This document shows positions 61,279 through 64,000 of a stretch of 64,000 nt of DNA, piece by piece; the stretch's first letter is position 1; each line of letters begins with the position of its first letter. Source of the stretch: Octopus vulgaris (lineage: Eukaryota). The stretch lies in the NCBI GenBank assembly GCA_951406725.2, contig OX597814.1, positions 45,322,001 to 45,386,000 of the forward strand, read 5' to 3'. The notes beneath the pieces are model-generated. The model saw nothing but the letters and a program-made list of their open reading frames with translations, did no database searches and was not told the origin of the DNA. Both the position numbers and the translations under genes were made by a program.

Positions 61279-64000
61279 GTGTGTATGTGTGTGTGAGAGA
61301 GAGAGAGAGACAGAGAGACAGAGACAGAGACAGAGACAGAGAATCATTCCTTAGTGTAACGTGACTTTTTTACTTCAATTCTGAATTCTGAATTACTACA
61401 ACTTTGTAATCTGAAGTTTGAATCAGTCTTGAGAGAGTTGCTAGGTCACAAGAGAAATTATAAGAACAGCAGCACTGAGGCACTATGGATGGGAGTTGTT
61501 TTGTGTTGTCTTTTCACATGCGGCCGATTATGTACACTATCACTATGTTTACTTCTAATATTTTTATGGTTAAATAACCATTGTGTAAACACGACAAGAA
61601 CACTTACTTTTACTAGTGTCAATTATACGACTTTTTTCCAATCAGATCCTATCATTTTTTTTTTAAGTACATACTCTCTGGGCTCTTAGTCGTGCAATCT
61701 TGTGAGGAATACAACAAGTATAAATACAACAAATGCATTGGAAAACTATAGTGAAGAAATTAAAGGAGTGAAATATTTGTTTTCGAAAACCATTGCTTAT
61801 GTGGAGATAATGGCGTATCCATTATCCCCACCTACGACAAAGTTATTTTCAATGACATTGAGAGGTTTAGTGTTGTTTACAATGTTTCATCCTATGTAAT
61901 GTCTTCTATCACCAACTTTATATTCTCCAACAGTTGTATCTAGCATAATAAATAGAAAGCCTCTATTTACCTATTTATCTAACATCAAATATAGTGTACT
62001 TTTTAAATCTTCCATCTAAAATTAAAATCGTTTCTGTGATTAAAACAAAAACAGAATTGCCTTTTTTATTGATTGATGTTACTACTGTGTTTATTATTGT
62101 AGTTCTGGTAATTGTGGTTGTGGTTGTTGTTGATGATGATGATGATGATGATGACGACGACGACGACGACGATGATGATGATGATGATGATATAGTTGCT
62201 GCTACTGTTGTTGTTGTTGTTGTTAATCTTTTCGTTTGTTAATACTTTTGATTTCTACCGACAAAAATAAATGAAACGAGAATCATTTTAAGTGCTAGTG
62301 ATGGTAAAATTTTACTTTTCATTAATTCAAACAATGCCTTCAGTAATATTTTCCAGCTTTTTCCTACTGGTTTTCCGTCTAAATTAAGTATAAGGAGATT
62401 TTCTTGACTAACACTAATGGATTTGTATGCAGGCTTATCCTATCAGATTTGCTGCAGTTGCTATATCTATCTCAGAAAAAATAATAATAAAACAAGCATT
62501 ATTTTTCATTCTGAAATCTTATTTGCGTCTTGATATGTTTACTCAATCTGGGCATGTGTAACTCTTCGTATATTTTCGCGTCAATATGTCAACCGTCAAT
62601 AAATAACAACTTATTTGGAATCCTTCTGCACATCTTATATTCAATCTGTAAAGTTGTACCACCAACAGACTTAATGTAGAGAACTGTGACATTTTAATTA
62701 ATAAATTTAATAGTCCCATTGATTGAAAAAAATAACTATGTTAATGGCTAATCCTGGTTGGAAAATCATTCGTAACAACTCTGAAGTTTTAACTAAAAAT
62801 TAAGTAAAATAAAATGCAGTAGTGAGTGAGTCTGGATGAGATTTCATAAGACCGAAAGATATCTGAAGTTGTTAATGGTTAGAATCATTCATCATTAGAC
62901 TTTATTTCTTATTAGATTAATTTATATTCTGAGATTGTCTTTCTTGCCTTTCTTAACTAAAGCTAGTATTTAGATAATGACTATTTTTTACTCACTACAT
63001 TAAATATGTGAGCACTCACTTTATTAGTCATTTTCGTGCAGCAGGCATTTCTAGATATTTTCTCCAATCGTTCTAATATTCAGTATACTTACTATATAGT
63101 TGCTCATAGTGATCTTTCTGTAGTTCACATTTTCTTCAAAGTCACTTGCCAGGTAAAACATTTGAAAGTGTCACACTGGTGAAAAAAGATTGTTGAATTC
63201 CTGTCTCTTCAAATTCAATTAATCTAAAACAAAATTGACAATAATTTCTGAAGACGTCTTTCTACGATGTTTTTTTACACACCTATGGTGTTTTTACTAA
63301 AATTGATAAAAGTTTGTTTCGTCCATAATGTAAAATATTTTGGAATCTATCACAATTACTATTGAACTTCTGTGTGGGTGATAGAAACGGTTGACATCTC
63401 ATTATCGTAATGTTTTCTCGTGTTTTAGCCAAAAAGATGTCTATTTTTCTAAGACTTAACTGCAATTAAAGGAAGGCCTAATGAGAATTAACATTCATTA
63501 TTGCCAAGAATGTGACACAACCATATCCGAAGGCCTAGTCTTTGGCAACACGACAATAATAATAATAATAACAATACTGAGTTTCAATAACTGTGTCAAT
63601 TTGAAATCTGAAACATTTGCTTTCTTTTCCTCAGGGGCAGCTAAAACTGTTCGTATGTTCGTATCCTTGGGTAATTGAGAATTTCTTGGTTAATTCCAAA
63701 CCAGAATTTTGTTTCGTATAGTGGTATAATTAAGTCAAACATTAATAAATTGTTCCCATAATACTGCGCTCCGTCTTAAATTCTATATTCGAAGTCGTGT
63801 GAATGTTACTGATCGTTAAAGATTGTTAAATACTGTCATACAAAACTTTTCCGATAAAATATTCATTTGAGGATATCATTCCAAATTGTATAGGTGTCAT
63901 GAAAAGATATATAACTGTCTTCATATTATCGGTATGTGTTGTTATTTATAATCTACTTCGTTGAAAGTCTCACCAATATTCATGACAGATTTTGGAATTA

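Noticed and set aside
61400-64000. Possible decayed DNA-transposon ORF on the minus strand (LPKD..RTVL-like)
   Set aside because: Too degenerate to support a family call by eye.

Overview
AT-rich, microsatellite-saturated eukaryotic non-coding DNA, probably intronic or intergenic. Its SINE families and repeat style suggest an octopus (cephalopod) genome; this is an inference. No intact host protein-coding gene is visible, and almost all listed ORFs are translations of (TA)n, (TATG)n, (TAGA)n, (CA)n, (TTA)n or (GGT)n tracts. The real content is mobile DNA. (1) A head-to-tail stack of six 5'-truncated R4/Dong-type RLE non-LTR retrotransposons sits in (TAA)n at 4.9-12.4 kb, one with an uninterrupted ~560-aa ORF. 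(2) There are many tRNA-derived SINEs, including a five-copy tandem array. (3) There are decayed Tc1 and hAT transposases, a hAT MITE with a perfect 8-bp TSD, two non-autonomous Helitrons and two long foldback elements. The most notable signal is a set of Penelope-type minimal type-I hammerhead ribozymes: two with intact cores (39.3 kb, 59.3 kb) and one with a single substitution (18.2 kb). A fourth hammerhead type sits inside a tRNA-headed SINE that inserted as a palindromic unit with a 9-bp TSD (22.9-23.4 kb), suggesting a Pol III SINE that carries a ribozyme and may be mobilised by Penelope-like elements. All calls come from reading the sequence by eye; no searches were run.
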